Shown in pieces: positions 9,673 to 17,556 of a stretch of DNA of 48,160 nucleotides. Each line of letters starts with the position of its first letter. Within the stretch, counting starts at the first letter, position 1. Origin of the DNA: a virus; the UHGV virus genome UHGV-1333633; one strand, written 5' to 3'. Under the pieces are notes generated by a model. It did no database searches. It worked only from the letters and a program-made list of their open reading frames with translations, and was not told the origin of the DNA. Made by a program: the position numbers and the translations under genes.

Positions 9673-9957
9673 ATGTCGAAATATATTTGGACGACCAGTA
9701 TCCCGGTGGAACGCTCCATAGGCGGTGTGGTTATCGATACAGAGTATGTGGATAATGAGGTTGAACTCTTTATCCCAGAGGTCACTGTTAGAGCGAATGG
9801 AGTAGCCGTATGTCCGGTTTATATGAGCTACAACAACACTCAACAGCTCATTAAGTTCATGGAGTTCTCCTCCGGCGGTAACGACCCGTTTGCGAGCGCA
9901 TACGAGCACCTGCTCTCTGACCCTCAATTCGAAGGGGTAAGGGTCGAGGCAGAATAG
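9673..9957 (+). CDS. hypothetical protein (possible fiber assembly/chaperone)
   Basis: 94-aa ORF with RBS aaggag directly after the tailspike gene. Confidence 0.4.
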   Translation: MSKYIWTTSIPVERSIGGVVIDTEYVDNEVELFIPEVTVRANGVAVCPVYMSYNNTQQLIKFMEFSSGGNDPFASAYEHLLSDPQFEGVRVEAE

Positions 9958-9963
9958 TTCATC

Positions 9964-9988
9964 ACCCCGCTTCGGCGGGGTTCTTTCT
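9964..9988 (+). terminator. intrinsic terminator (ccccgc-ttcg-gcgggg followed by ttctttct)
   Basis: GC hairpin plus T-rich tract immediately after the 9957 stop. Confidence 0.55.
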
Positions 9989-10133
9989 GGTGTCGTGAAC
10001 AACACTCATTTTACGAAGAATGAAGAGATACGCATCAAGCTGCCTCGGCCTACGCCGGTGCAGCAGAAGACCATGAACAAAGCCAGCTAATGCAATCCTT
10101 AAACCCATGCGCCACGATAAACTTGTAGTTAAA

Positions 10134-10163
10134 TTGACTAATGAGAGATTCGCGGGGTATCAT
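10134..10163 (+). promoter_or_regulatory. sigma70-like promoter TTGACT-18-TATCAT upstream of the 10197 gene
   Basis: Hexamers read directly. Lies in a 237-bp non-coding gap inside the fiber module. Confidence 0.35.
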
Positions 10164-10196
10164 TAGTGTATCTTCCGTCAATTCCTGTGGGTACTG

Positions 10197-10910
10197 ATGA
10201 ACTTCTTCCCGGCTCCCTACTTCGTACCGCTGACAATCGTCAGCGGCTACGTCACAAATGAGTTAGATGCTCCAAATCGCATCTACGCTCAGTACCGTAA
10301 TAAGCCAAAGGCTGTCGCGTGGTATAACATCACCCGAAGTCTGGCCACGCAGATTGCAGACGTGGCCGCAGCTGTCCGTATCATGTATTCGATCGATGCT
10401 GCACAAGGTGATCAACTCGACATTATTGGTCGCATTGTGGTGGTACCCCGGGATTTTATGGGTGAAGTCACGATGGAAACGGCGATGTGCGCCAGCGATG
10501 TTAATGGTCCTGCTGAATTTGGTGACACCTCTGCGATGTGTAGTGTGCCATCTGTTGACCAGTCGATGGCAATGTCGGACAATTTATACCGTCTCGCAAT
10601 CAAATCTAAAATTCTCAAAAACAACTCATACGCGACCATTGAAGACATTATTAATGGGATGAATTTCCTGTTACCTAATGCACGGGTTACCCGTCTGGTT
10701 GATGGTGAGGATATGACTTTTTCAATAGAGTTCTATGGGGCCGTAACCGACCTTGAACGATGGGCACTCGTCAATGCCTCTTTCGTTCCGAAGCCGCAGG
10801 GTGTAAAATTCAATGGCTTCCTTGAGGCTTACGATTATGTACAGGCAGGTGATTCATCAACTCAGTTTGGTGATCCATTGGCACAAGCGACCGGATTCAT
10901 AGGAGTTTAA
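10197..10910 (+). CDS. hypothetical tail-fiber-associated protein
   Basis: 237-aa ORF immediately preceding a fiber-like gene. No recognisable motif. Confidence 0.4.
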   Translation: MNFFPAPYFVPLTIVSGYVTNELDAPNRIYAQYRNKPKAVAWYNITRSLATQIADVAAAVRIMYSIDAAQGDQLDIIGRIVVVPRDFMGEVTMETAMCASDVNGPAEFGDTSAMCSVPSVDQSMAMSDNLYRLAIKSKILKNNSYATIEDIINGMNFLLPNARVTRLVDGEDMTFSIEFYGAVTDLERWALVNASFVPKPQGVKFNGFLEAYDYVQAGDSSTQFGDPLAQATGFIGV

Positions 10911-10913
10911 ATA

Positions 10914-11513
10914 ATGGCTTTAGACCGTAGCAACCGTTATCCAGGGCGGTTTTTAAATCCCACGACGGAGCAACCTCAAGGTGCATTTAAAAACCGCACA
11001 TCACCGACAGCGGAAGATGGTTCGTATTTTGAAGCCGATTGGGCTAACGACATGAGCGGTTTTTTTGGTGCCATTCTCTCCAACGCAGGTGTCTCCCCCA
11101 ATGGCTCCGTGGACACAGCGTCGAGTAGTCAGGTATACGATGCGCTCAAAACATTATTCCCACTCGCCGCCGGGTTCACCGGCTCGTTAGGTTCTTCCGG
11201 GTATGTGCAGATTCCGTTGATTATATCGGGGACATCACGAATATTAAAAATTAACTGGGCACCGTGGAGCAGTACCACCGGTTCCAGTGATACAAATGGT
11301 ATCTATGAGACATCAGGTATACCCATTACATGGGCATCACCATTCTCTACATCCGTGTACGGGATTATACCGTCGGTAAATGACGTGTCCGGTAGTGGAC
11401 TTCAGGAAATGGTGTGGCGTTCCGGAATGACACTAACCGGATGTTCATTATTAGCCTCGTGCCGTCAGGCAAGTACTGCGATGAGTGGATTTGTTATCGG
11501 TATCGGTTCATAA
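10914..11513 (+). CDS. tail fiber protein (short)
   Basis: N-terminus FKNRTSPTAEDGSYFEADWANDMSGFFGAI resembles side-tail-fiber N-termini. S/G/T-rich. Confidence 0.4.
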   Translation: MALDRSNRYPGRFLNPTTEQPQGAFKNRTSPTAEDGSYFEADWANDMSGFFGAILSNAGVSPNGSVDTASSSQVYDALKTLFPLAAGFTGSLGSSGYVQIPLIISGTSRILKINWAPWSSTTGSSDTNGIYETSGIPITWASPFSTSVYGIIPSVNDVSGSGLQEMVWRSGMTLTGCSLLASCRQASTAMSGFVIGIGS

Positions 11514-11741
11514 GGTTTTACAACCTTCCCACCAGTTTTGCCACCGGGACACTCTGTCCCGGTCGGCCATCAGAACTTCCCCATTATGCGGAATTACCGT
11601 GGCGGCCTTTTCGGGGTCGCCATCGGTTGTCCACAATTCACCGCTTGGTGTAAGCAGGTCGTTAGATGGTGGCGCACATTCGCGCACTTGAGCACACGCG
11701 GTTAAAGTAAGTGCAGATACTATCATGATAAGTTTTTTCAT
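11508..11741 (-). CDS. o-spanin (Rz1-like outer-membrane lipoprotein)
   Basis: MKKLIMIVSALTLTAC with lipobox LTAC. Small proline-containing periplasmic part. Adjacent to the i-spanin and endolysin. Confidence 0.65.
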   Translation of the reverse strand: MKKLIMIVSALTLTACAQVRECAPPSNDLLTPSGELWTTDGDPEKAATVIPHNGEVLMADRDRVSRWQNWWEGCKTL

Positions 11742-12094
11742 TTTACAGTCGCATCATACAGGTCGAGGATACCGCTCTCTTTGACACATTGAGCGGTGGC
11801 GGAGTCTTTGATTCGGTCACGGTAAATGGTGACTTTTTCAACGACTTTTTTGGCCCGGGCTTCTTTCAGTTCCCATTGCTTTTTCTGCAATTCCACATCG
11901 GAAGCATTGAGTTTTTCCTGCAGCGCGTCACGGGCTTCGACGGCCGCCTTATATTCTTTGAAATCGTCCAGCTTGACCGACTGCTTACCGTGATAATAAC
12001 CCAACCAATATATACATATCACGAATACGATTCCCACAATAGTTACTACCCGCTGTAACATTGTCATTTCGATTCCCCCAGTGTATACAGACAC
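11738..12094 (-). CDS. i-spanin (Rz-like)
   Basis: N-terminal TM (VVTIVGIVFVICIYWLGYY) followed by a coiled-coil charged region (KEARAKKVVEK...). ATGA-coupled to the o-spanin gene. Confidence 0.55.
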   Translation of the reverse strand: MSVYTGGIEMTMLQRVVTIVGIVFVICIYWLGYYHGKQSVKLDDFKEYKAAVEARDALQEKLNASDVELQKKQWELKEARAKKVVEKVTIYRDRIKDSATAQCVKESGILDLYDATVK

Positions 12095-12624
12095 AGATAC
12101 TCCTCCTGCTCCCGGCGAATCGGCTGCCCGGAACAGTTGTTACTTTTAATGCGGCAGTCACGACCACCATCAAACACCCAACGAGGAATCTGTTTGCACG
12201 CGTTCTTCCAGTCGCCTTTTTGCAGCAATTTGAAGAATGTCGACCCCTTACATTTAGTGGGACCAATGTTGTACGGGCAGAACGATGCAATGCCAACCTG
12301 TTGTACCGGGTTTAGTTTTACCGGGATATTGTCACGTACCCATTTGAGTGACTTCTGCGCTTCCTTATCATTCAGAAGGTCACACTGCTTTTCGGTGAGC
12401 CGCATACCCTTTGTCACTGGCTTACCATCGATGCGCGTCACACCCCGGCAGATGGTCCAGATTGGTGGATTTGCACTGTCCAGATATGCCGTCAGCCTGT
12501 TTCCTTCCTTCTCGTTCAGGAACTGATTGAGGATATCCGTCTGCGTAACTACCGCAGTACCTGTACCACCCATTGCAAATGCGGTGAGAAGGGCGGTCAT
12601 TTGTTTACTTAAAGGATTTTTCAT
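12064..12624 (-). CDS. SAR endolysin, phage lysozyme (GH24, T4/P21 R21-like)
   Basis: N-terminal weakly hydrophobic SAR segment MTALLTAFAMGGTGTAVV. Catalytic E-8-D-5-T triad (EKEGNRLTAYLDSANPPIWTICRGVT). Probable start at MKNPLSKQ. Confidence 0.75.
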   Translation of the reverse strand: MKNPLSKQMTALLTAFAMGGTGTAVVTQTDILNQFLNEKEGNRLTAYLDSANPPIWTICRGVTRIDGKPVTKGMRLTEKQCDLLNDKEAQKSLKWVRDNIPVKLNPVQQVGIASFCPYNIGPTKCKGSTFFKLLQKGDWKNACKQIPRWVFDGGRDCRIKSNNCSGQPIRREQEEYLCLYTLGESK

Positions 12625-12783
12625 TCGGTAACACCTGCTGTACAATTAGGGTTAATCCTAACATACAAGGGCAATAAAATGTACAAGACTAAACCACGTA
12701 AAGCAGGCGACGCCGGTGGGGCGTGTGTTAAACCCCGTGGTAAAACCGGTGACGCGAAAGTAAAACGGCGGGCCAAGTAAGCA

Positions 12784-13206
12784 GTGTACACCCTCCTGAT
12801 TGCCTCGGTAATCGCCAGACCCAGGGGAGCCTCGTTTCTCTTCGTGATGGTGGCAACTCTTTTCCAGAAGTTGTGCGGCAATCTGGATGGTTCGATTTAC
12901 TTTTTCCTCGCCGCATTTTGCGATTTCGCAGTGGTCGGTATTCTGTACCGGTTTGGAACATCCCGGAAGTCTCTTGACATGATGCTCATCAGCATTGTCT
13001 CCATGTCGATTAATCTGATGGGCTGGTTTCTGTGGTTTTTCTATCGACCACTCGACATCTATGCGGCAACGTTCACGGTGCTGTACTGCGTGGCGATCTT
13101 CATGATACTGAAAAAGGACAGTGACGATGCTGGAGGTATTGCGGTTCATATCGACAACTCTGGCCATCGTTCTCATGTTGGTGCGGGTTGTCGAGTGGTA
13201 CATTGA
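12784..13206 (+). CDS. multi-TM membrane protein (holin candidate), GTG start per ORF track
   Basis: 3-4 predicted TM segments. Divergent from the endolysin. The overlapping minus ORF 12658..13203 is His-rich and non-protein-like. Confidence 0.35.
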   Translation: MYTLLIASVIARPRGASFLFVMVATLFQKLCGNLDGSIYFFLAAFCDFAVVGILYRFGTSRKSLDMMLISIVSMSINLMGWFLWFFYRPLDIYAATFTVLYCVAIFMILKKDSDDAGGIAVHIDNSGHRSHVGAGCRVVH

Positions 13207-13220
13207 AGCGAGAAAACGCT

Positions 13221-13502
13221 ATGAGCTTTACTGGAAACACACAAGTCGGAACAGTAGTGGCGAGCGGGACGACGATAACGGGACTGATGACTAAATACGG
13301 CATTACCCCGGAAACCGTCGGTATCTTCGCCACCTTGTGTGGTATTATACTGACGGTTGTCATGATTTGTGGTCACATACAACGAATTCGTAATGAGTCC
13401 GCCGAGCGCAAGGAGGAGGAAATTATTAGGCGAATCGAACGCGAAAAGGCGGAAATTGAACTTGCTGAAATGCGTCAAAAGATGAACAAACCGGCGCAGT
13501 GA
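13221..13502 (+). CDS. single-TM holin/antiholin-like protein with charged C-terminal coiled coil
   Basis: TM IFATLCGIILTVVMICGHI followed by ESAERKEEEIIRRIEREKAEIELAEMRQKM. Lies in the lysis neighbourhood. Confidence 0.4.
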   Translation: MSFTGNTQVGTVVASGTTITGLMTKYGITPETVGIFATLCGIILTVVMICGHIQRIRNESAERKEEEIIRRIEREKAEIELAEMRQKMNKPAQ

Positions 13503-13519
13503 TGCGCCGGTACTTTCTC
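13491..13519 (+). terminator. hairpin ccggcgca-gtga-tgcgccgg plus tactttctc
   Basis: 8-bp stem enclosing the stop codon of the 13221 ORF. Confidence 0.4.
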
Positions 13520-14102
13520 ACCTCAACAACGGTAAAACTAACTTTTCCACTTCTTTCACATAATATTCGTAGTCCAGACTGCCCCAGTCGAAATCCTTAG
13601 CGTCCGCACACTCTGTCACCTTCCATCCGACATACATCCCAGTTTCACGTACTGCAGCGTGTTTACTGCGACTCTTTGCGTGGATACGCTCATCCCACGG
13701 TGTACCAATGCTGTCGAGGTCTCCCGGTTGACCAGTAATCTCGCGCATTACAGCATTGTACACGTCGTCTTTGATGCCGTTCTTACGCTTCCATGTACCC
13801 GGTGCACCAGTTGGTGGCAACAGTTTGACCAGTGACCCACCATTGCGCGAGATAAACACACGCGTGGTGTTCTGCATCTCTCGTTCAGCGCCCCACTCGG
13901 GCCAACGCATTACCAGACGTGCGGAACGAGGCACTTTTGCTCGCAGCATAAAGTCAAACGGGTCACGGTGCTGCGTGATGAACGTGCGGATGTCCTCACC
14001 GTGTACGAGGGCGGCTTCGGCAGCGCGAGCAACAATCATCGCCGATGGGTCTTGGTGCCACTGGTATTTGTACTCGTAACACCCTTTTCTTTTAATTTTC
14101 AC
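13518..14102 (-). CDS. hypothetical protein carrying GTPWDERIH motif
   Basis: 194 aa. The motif DSIGTPWDERIHAKS is shared with the 18686..19542 protein. Confidence 0.5.
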   Translation of the reverse strand: MKIKRKGCYEYKYQWHQDPSAMIVARAAEAALVHGEDIRTFITQHRDPFDFMLRAKVPRSARLVMRWPEWGAEREMQNTTRVFISRNGGSLVKLLPPTGAPGTWKRKNGIKDDVYNAVMREITGQPGDLDSIGTPWDERIHAKSRSKHAAVRETGMYVGWKVTECADAKDFDWGSLDYEYYVKEVEKLVLPLLR

Positions 14103-14928
14103 GGGTTGCCTCCAGCATTTCTAAAATTCGATTGTCCCATTTCAACCATTCGGTACAACCATCAAAACCAGATAATCCAGCATTAACGAAAGAAGAATGA
14201 TATTTTCTCTCCAAGTTCCTAGCGTCGTCGACCATCATCATTCTCACGAGTTTGAATCCGAACGGGGTTGCCCTTTTCAACTGCGAGAAGCGCCTGGTGG
14301 GCCTATTGGTTATTCCCACCTTTACGAATTTCGAGTCATCACTACGGAGGAAATAGATATATCCGGGCAAGGATGGATTGAAACCGCCGTATTCGCAACA
14401 ATATGGACACCCCGTACCCTTATTGCATACGTTATCGGAGGTGGCATCCCATTCGTGACCATTACCACATCGGAATCGAGATAACTTTCGACTGCTACCA
14501 CGATAAATCAGACAACTTAGTCCTCTCGCCGCTATCCTTTCATTTATATCTTCCACCGACAATCTCACTCTCTTCGAGCAGTGAGGGCAACCTGATGAAC
14601 GCATCACACTATCGGCGGTCGTTTCCCATTCGTGACCGTTGACACAGCGGAATCGCGATTTACCCATGACACTACCCGAATACCTAATGCACAATATACT
14701 CCTAGTCGACAACCTTTTATTTATTTCTTCTAACTTAAGCTTCGCCCTACCGGCACAATGAGGGCATCCGTTACCAGACAGTACCGCATCTGCGCGGACA
14801 GACCACGAATGCCCGTGAGAGCATTTAAAATCGGATTTCCTCATTGTCGAACCGGCATAGGATATACAAATCAACCCACGTTCATGGATTCTCTCGTTGA
14901 TCGAATCGATGGTGTGTCTCATTTTCAT
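14092..14928 (-). CDS. free-standing homing-endonuclease-like protein: 3 tandem Zn-ribbon repeats + C-terminal GIY-YIG/T5orf172 domain
   Basis: Three ~50-aa repeats with CxxGHxW...GCPxC. The C-terminus PGYIYFL...KVGIT...ERKYH...GCTEWL fits T5orf172/GIY-YIG. The start ATG overlaps the polymerase stop (ATGA). Confidence 0.6.
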   Translation of the reverse strand: MKMRHTIDSINERIHERGLICISYAGSTMRKSDFKCSHGHSWSVRADAVLSGNGCPHCAGRAKLKLEEINKRLSTRSILCIRYSGSVMGKSRFRCVNGHEWETTADSVMRSSGCPHCSKRVRLSVEDINERIAARGLSCLIYRGSSRKLSRFRCGNGHEWDATSDNVCNKGTGCPYCCEYGGFNPSLPGYIYFLRSDDSKFVKVGITNRPTRRFSQLKRATPFGFKLVRMMMVDDARNLERKYHSSFVNAGLSGFDGCTEWLKWDNRILEMLEATREN

Positions 14929-16448
14929 TCTATTACCATTATATAATTGTTCACATCGCGCTGATAAAGAGACTTCACAATGTCGGTCTCCAGATTCAGC
15001 ATTGTCGTTTTTTCCCACTCTGCACAAATCGATTCGACTAAAGTTTCATATTTATTTTCATAAAAAATGACGATTCCGTCGGTATTAGTTTGGGGTACTA
15101 CTAACCCTGGTACGCGAGTCGTGAGTCGGTCTACCAACATCGCCAGACAAAGTTGCCCCGTGATGGTGATACTCAGGAGGCACTTGTGGTCGCAGAATGG
15201 GCTAAACTTGCTCCCCATGTTCCCAAAGGTAGAATTTAACGCAAGTTTCAATGTCGCGTCGACAGTTTTATCTCCCGCTCGTTTGGCATCGCGACGACGA
15301 ATGAATAGTTGTTCATATACGTCACAAAAAGTTTCACTAAGGTGTTCGGGGTAATAACGATTCTTAATTGAGATGGATGGATACATACTTGTACAGTCTT
15401 TGTTTTGCAAATTGTGTGTTTGGGTAGAATGTACAACGTAGTTCGGAATCCCACTGTGGATACCACCCAAACCAAAAGTATATTCGACGCCGTCAATAGT
15501 GGCGACCATATCATTGAAGACACCCTTCGTGGTCAGTAATTCATCCTGCTGTTTCTTCGTGAGTACAACCCCGCGAATGCGTTCCAGAATTTGATTGAAC
15601 TCCGGTCGTTCGAATTTGATATACGGAGGTATACAATCCGCAAGTGCCACACGCTCACGGATGGTTGACCGGGAGCAATCCACCCCGGCCTTTTCCAGTT
15701 CGTGAACGAATATATCTTTGCCGATTTTAGTGTCGGCGTGATTCATAAAGTTACGACCGTATTGCTTTGTTAGTTCCTCACGGAAATGAATTTTATCAAG
15801 TGAACGCACGAAGAATTTGAGTGTTTCGCGGACGTCGTGCTTGTTGTATGCGATAAGGACATCTTTCTGCGCATCGTTCAACACCATTTCGACCGGGAAT
15901 GGCAGGTCTTTTACGTTGGGGGACCGCATACCTACTTCTAACGCCTTCAGGCTGGTGCGCCGGGCTTTATTATCAAAGTGATAAATTTTGTACAGGTCAA
16001 TCTGCTCGAAAATCTGGTCGCGGTCCCATATAATTTCTGGCCACTGACCTTCGGGCTTAATCTGTGATTGCGCCTTCGCATAAATCTGTTCCAGTGTACA
16101 ACCCGGCGTATTGACCACGTAGTGTAGCACCGGATAGTCGAATGCCAGGTTATTAAATCCAATCCCACGGGCCTTACTGCGTCCCAGGTTGAACACGAAT
16201 TCGATTAATTGCGACTGCTCGTTTTTACGGTCACTGATTTCGAAGATTAACTCCATGCCCGTCGCAGCATGAATAAATGAGGCGGTAAATATGTTCTTGT
16301 ACGTCTCTAAATCATATCCCCAGTCTCGCGGGTCCAGTGGTGCAATGCTGGAGAACGCCGAATCAGCCCCACAGTGGGGGCAATTGTGGAGGTCAGCGGG
16401 ATAAGCTTTACCGCAAGTTGCATCCTCGCATTTTGATAAATAGTGCAT
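14925..16448 (-). CDS. family B DNA polymerase (miniature, 507 aa) with 3'-5' exonuclease
   Basis: Exo I WGYDLET, Exo II FNNLAFDYPVL, Exo III YNKHDVRET. Pol motif A DCTSMYPSI, motif B KLALNSTFGNMG, motif C TNTDGI. N-terminal C4 zinc ribbon CEDATCG...CPHCG. Confidence 0.75.
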   Translation of the reverse strand: MHYLSKCEDATCGKAYPADLHNCPHCGADSAFSSIAPLDPRDWGYDLETYKNIFTASFIHAATGMELIFEISDRKNEQSQLIEFVFNLGRSKARGIGFNNLAFDYPVLHYVVNTPGCTLEQIYAKAQSQIKPEGQWPEIIWDRDQIFEQIDLYKIYHFDNKARRTSLKALEVGMRSPNVKDLPFPVEMVLNDAQKDVLIAYNKHDVRETLKFFVRSLDKIHFREELTKQYGRNFMNHADTKIGKDIFVHELEKAGVDCSRSTIRERVALADCIPPYIKFERPEFNQILERIRGVVLTKKQQDELLTTKGVFNDMVATIDGVEYTFGLGGIHSGIPNYVVHSTQTHNLQNKDCTSMYPSISIKNRYYPEHLSETFCDVYEQLFIRRRDAKRAGDKTVDATLKLALNSTFGNMGSKFSPFCDHKCLLSITITGQLCLAMLVDRLTTRVPGLVVPQTNTDGIVIFYENKYETLVESICAEWEKTTMLNLETDIVKSLYQRDVNNYIMVIE

Positions 16449-16469
16449 CTCTGTTCCTCTCTGTAAGAA

Positions 16470-16493
16470 AAGCCCCGGTTAAGGGGCTTGGAT
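16470..16493 (-). terminator. minus-strand hairpin gcccc-ttaacc-ggggc followed by ttttctt
   Basis: Read on the reverse complement. Lies between a small ORF and the polymerase gene. Confidence 0.4.
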
Positions 16494-16498
16494 AATTA

Positions 16499-16618
16499 TT
16501 TATTGAGTCCTTTCCGGTTAATGTATTCCCTGCGTTGCTCCTGCACCTGTTTAATAGTCTTTTCCAGTTCGGCTAACTTCTCATCAAACTGTTTCAGTCG
16601 TTGGTCTTGTTCGGTCAT
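16499..16618 (-). CDS. small coiled-coil ORF (40 aa)
   Basis: RBS agagagg lies 7 nt before the ATG. MTEQDQRLKQFDEKLAELEKTIKQVQEQRREY... is a charged helix. Confidence 0.25.
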
Positions 16619-16666
16619 GGTGTACCTCTCTGTTAAATTACCCCGGCTCGCACCGGGGCGTTGTGG

Positions 16667-17470
16667 TTATGCTACTTTCTGACAGTGTTGTGCGATTAAC
16701 TCTTCACTCCACCCTGGCATATTGAGCAACTGTGCCTTGGTATACACCGCGCCATTGTAGCTGTACTTCTCTTCAACAACCGGCGGCGGCGTTACCAGCA
16801 GGTCAGTTGCTGGCGGCGGTGTTGCGGGTGCCGGAGCAGCTGGAGCCGGGGTTGGAGCGGGTGCGCTGCCACCGAATACGCTTGCTGCGTCCGGACCGCT
16901 ACCTTCACGAACAATCGCTTCGCCCGGGCGTGACAGTTCGAGCAGGTTCGGGTTCAGATACACGCCCGGAGTTTTGGACGGCTTATTACCTTTTGCCACA
17001 ATATTCACACGAACGTAATCACCGAGTTTAATAGCATTTGCGTCCTGAATCGCATCGAGCGGGTTATATTTACCAACATGATAACAGTTGTACGGAATAC
17101 GGGTGTTCAGGTGCAAGACCCAGTGACCGCGTTTATATTCGTCCTCATTCGGTGCGTGACCAGCTTTGTTAGGGATATCACTGTCACCGTCGATCACTTT
17201 CCAGGAAAAGTCGGGGCGGCGAGTGGTGGCGGCATCGTAACCGTTTTCAGCGTCCAGCGCCGCCATTGCGATTTGTTTACCCCATTCGGTATCTTTCCAG
17301 TCCGCTTCACCGGTTTTAGGAATTGCAATACCGATGTAAATCTCTTTAACGGGCTGACCATCTTTACCAAGAACCGGTTGTTTTGTAACTCCATCAGTGC
17401 GCACATTCTGTTTCAGCGGGTGACCGTGAATCAGGCGAGCAACAGGGGTAACGAAAGTAAATTGAGCCAT
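16667..17470 (-). CDS. ssDNA-binding-protein candidate (T7 gp2.5-like / DUF2815-like), Pro/Ala-rich linker
   Basis: N-terminus FTFVTPVARLIHGHP resembles the first strand of the gp2.5 OB fold. Flexible PAPTPAPAAPAPATPPP linker. Adjacent to a DUF2800-like nuclease and a polymerase. Confidence 0.3.
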   Translation of the reverse strand: MAQFTFVTPVARLIHGHPLKQNVRTDGVTKQPVLGKDGQPVKEIYIGIAIPKTGEADWKDTEWGKQIAMAALDAENGYDAATTRRPDFSWKVIDGDSDIPNKAGHAPNEDEYKRGHWVLHLNTRIPYNCYHVGKYNPLDAIQDANAIKLGDYVRVNIVAKGNKPSKTPGVYLNPNLLELSRPGEAIVREGSGPDAASVFGGSAPAPTPAPAAPAPATPPPATDLLVTPPPVVEEKYSYNGAVYTKAQLLNMPGWSEELIAQHCQKVA

Positions 17471-17537
17471 CTTGTAAATCCTCTCTGCTAAGTGTGGGAG
17501 ACCCTCTGTCTCCCGGTGATTCGAATACTACGTTAGT

Positions 17538-17553
17538 TTGACGAGTACGTCAA
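17538..17553 (-). promoter_or_regulatory. operator/promoter palindrome TTGACGAGTACGTCAA. Minus-strand promoter TTGACG-17-TAGTAT for the SSB-like gene.
   Basis: Perfect 6-bp arms. The minus-strand -10 TAGTAT lies 17 bp downstream. A leader hairpin gggagacagagggtctccc and RBS agagagg follow. Confidence 0.55.
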
Positions 17554-17556
17554 CAA

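Noticed and set aside
10021-10077. 18-codon ORF MKRYASSCLGLRRCSRRP in the 9960..10196 gap
   Set aside because: No RBS, Arg/Cys-rich and too short. The gap is better explained as terminator plus promoter.
12658-13203. 181-aa minus-strand ORF overlapping the holin-region genes
   Set aside because: His/Arg/Cys-rich, low-complexity translation with no RBS. The opposite strand encodes coherent multi-TM proteins, so this is an antisense shadow ORF.
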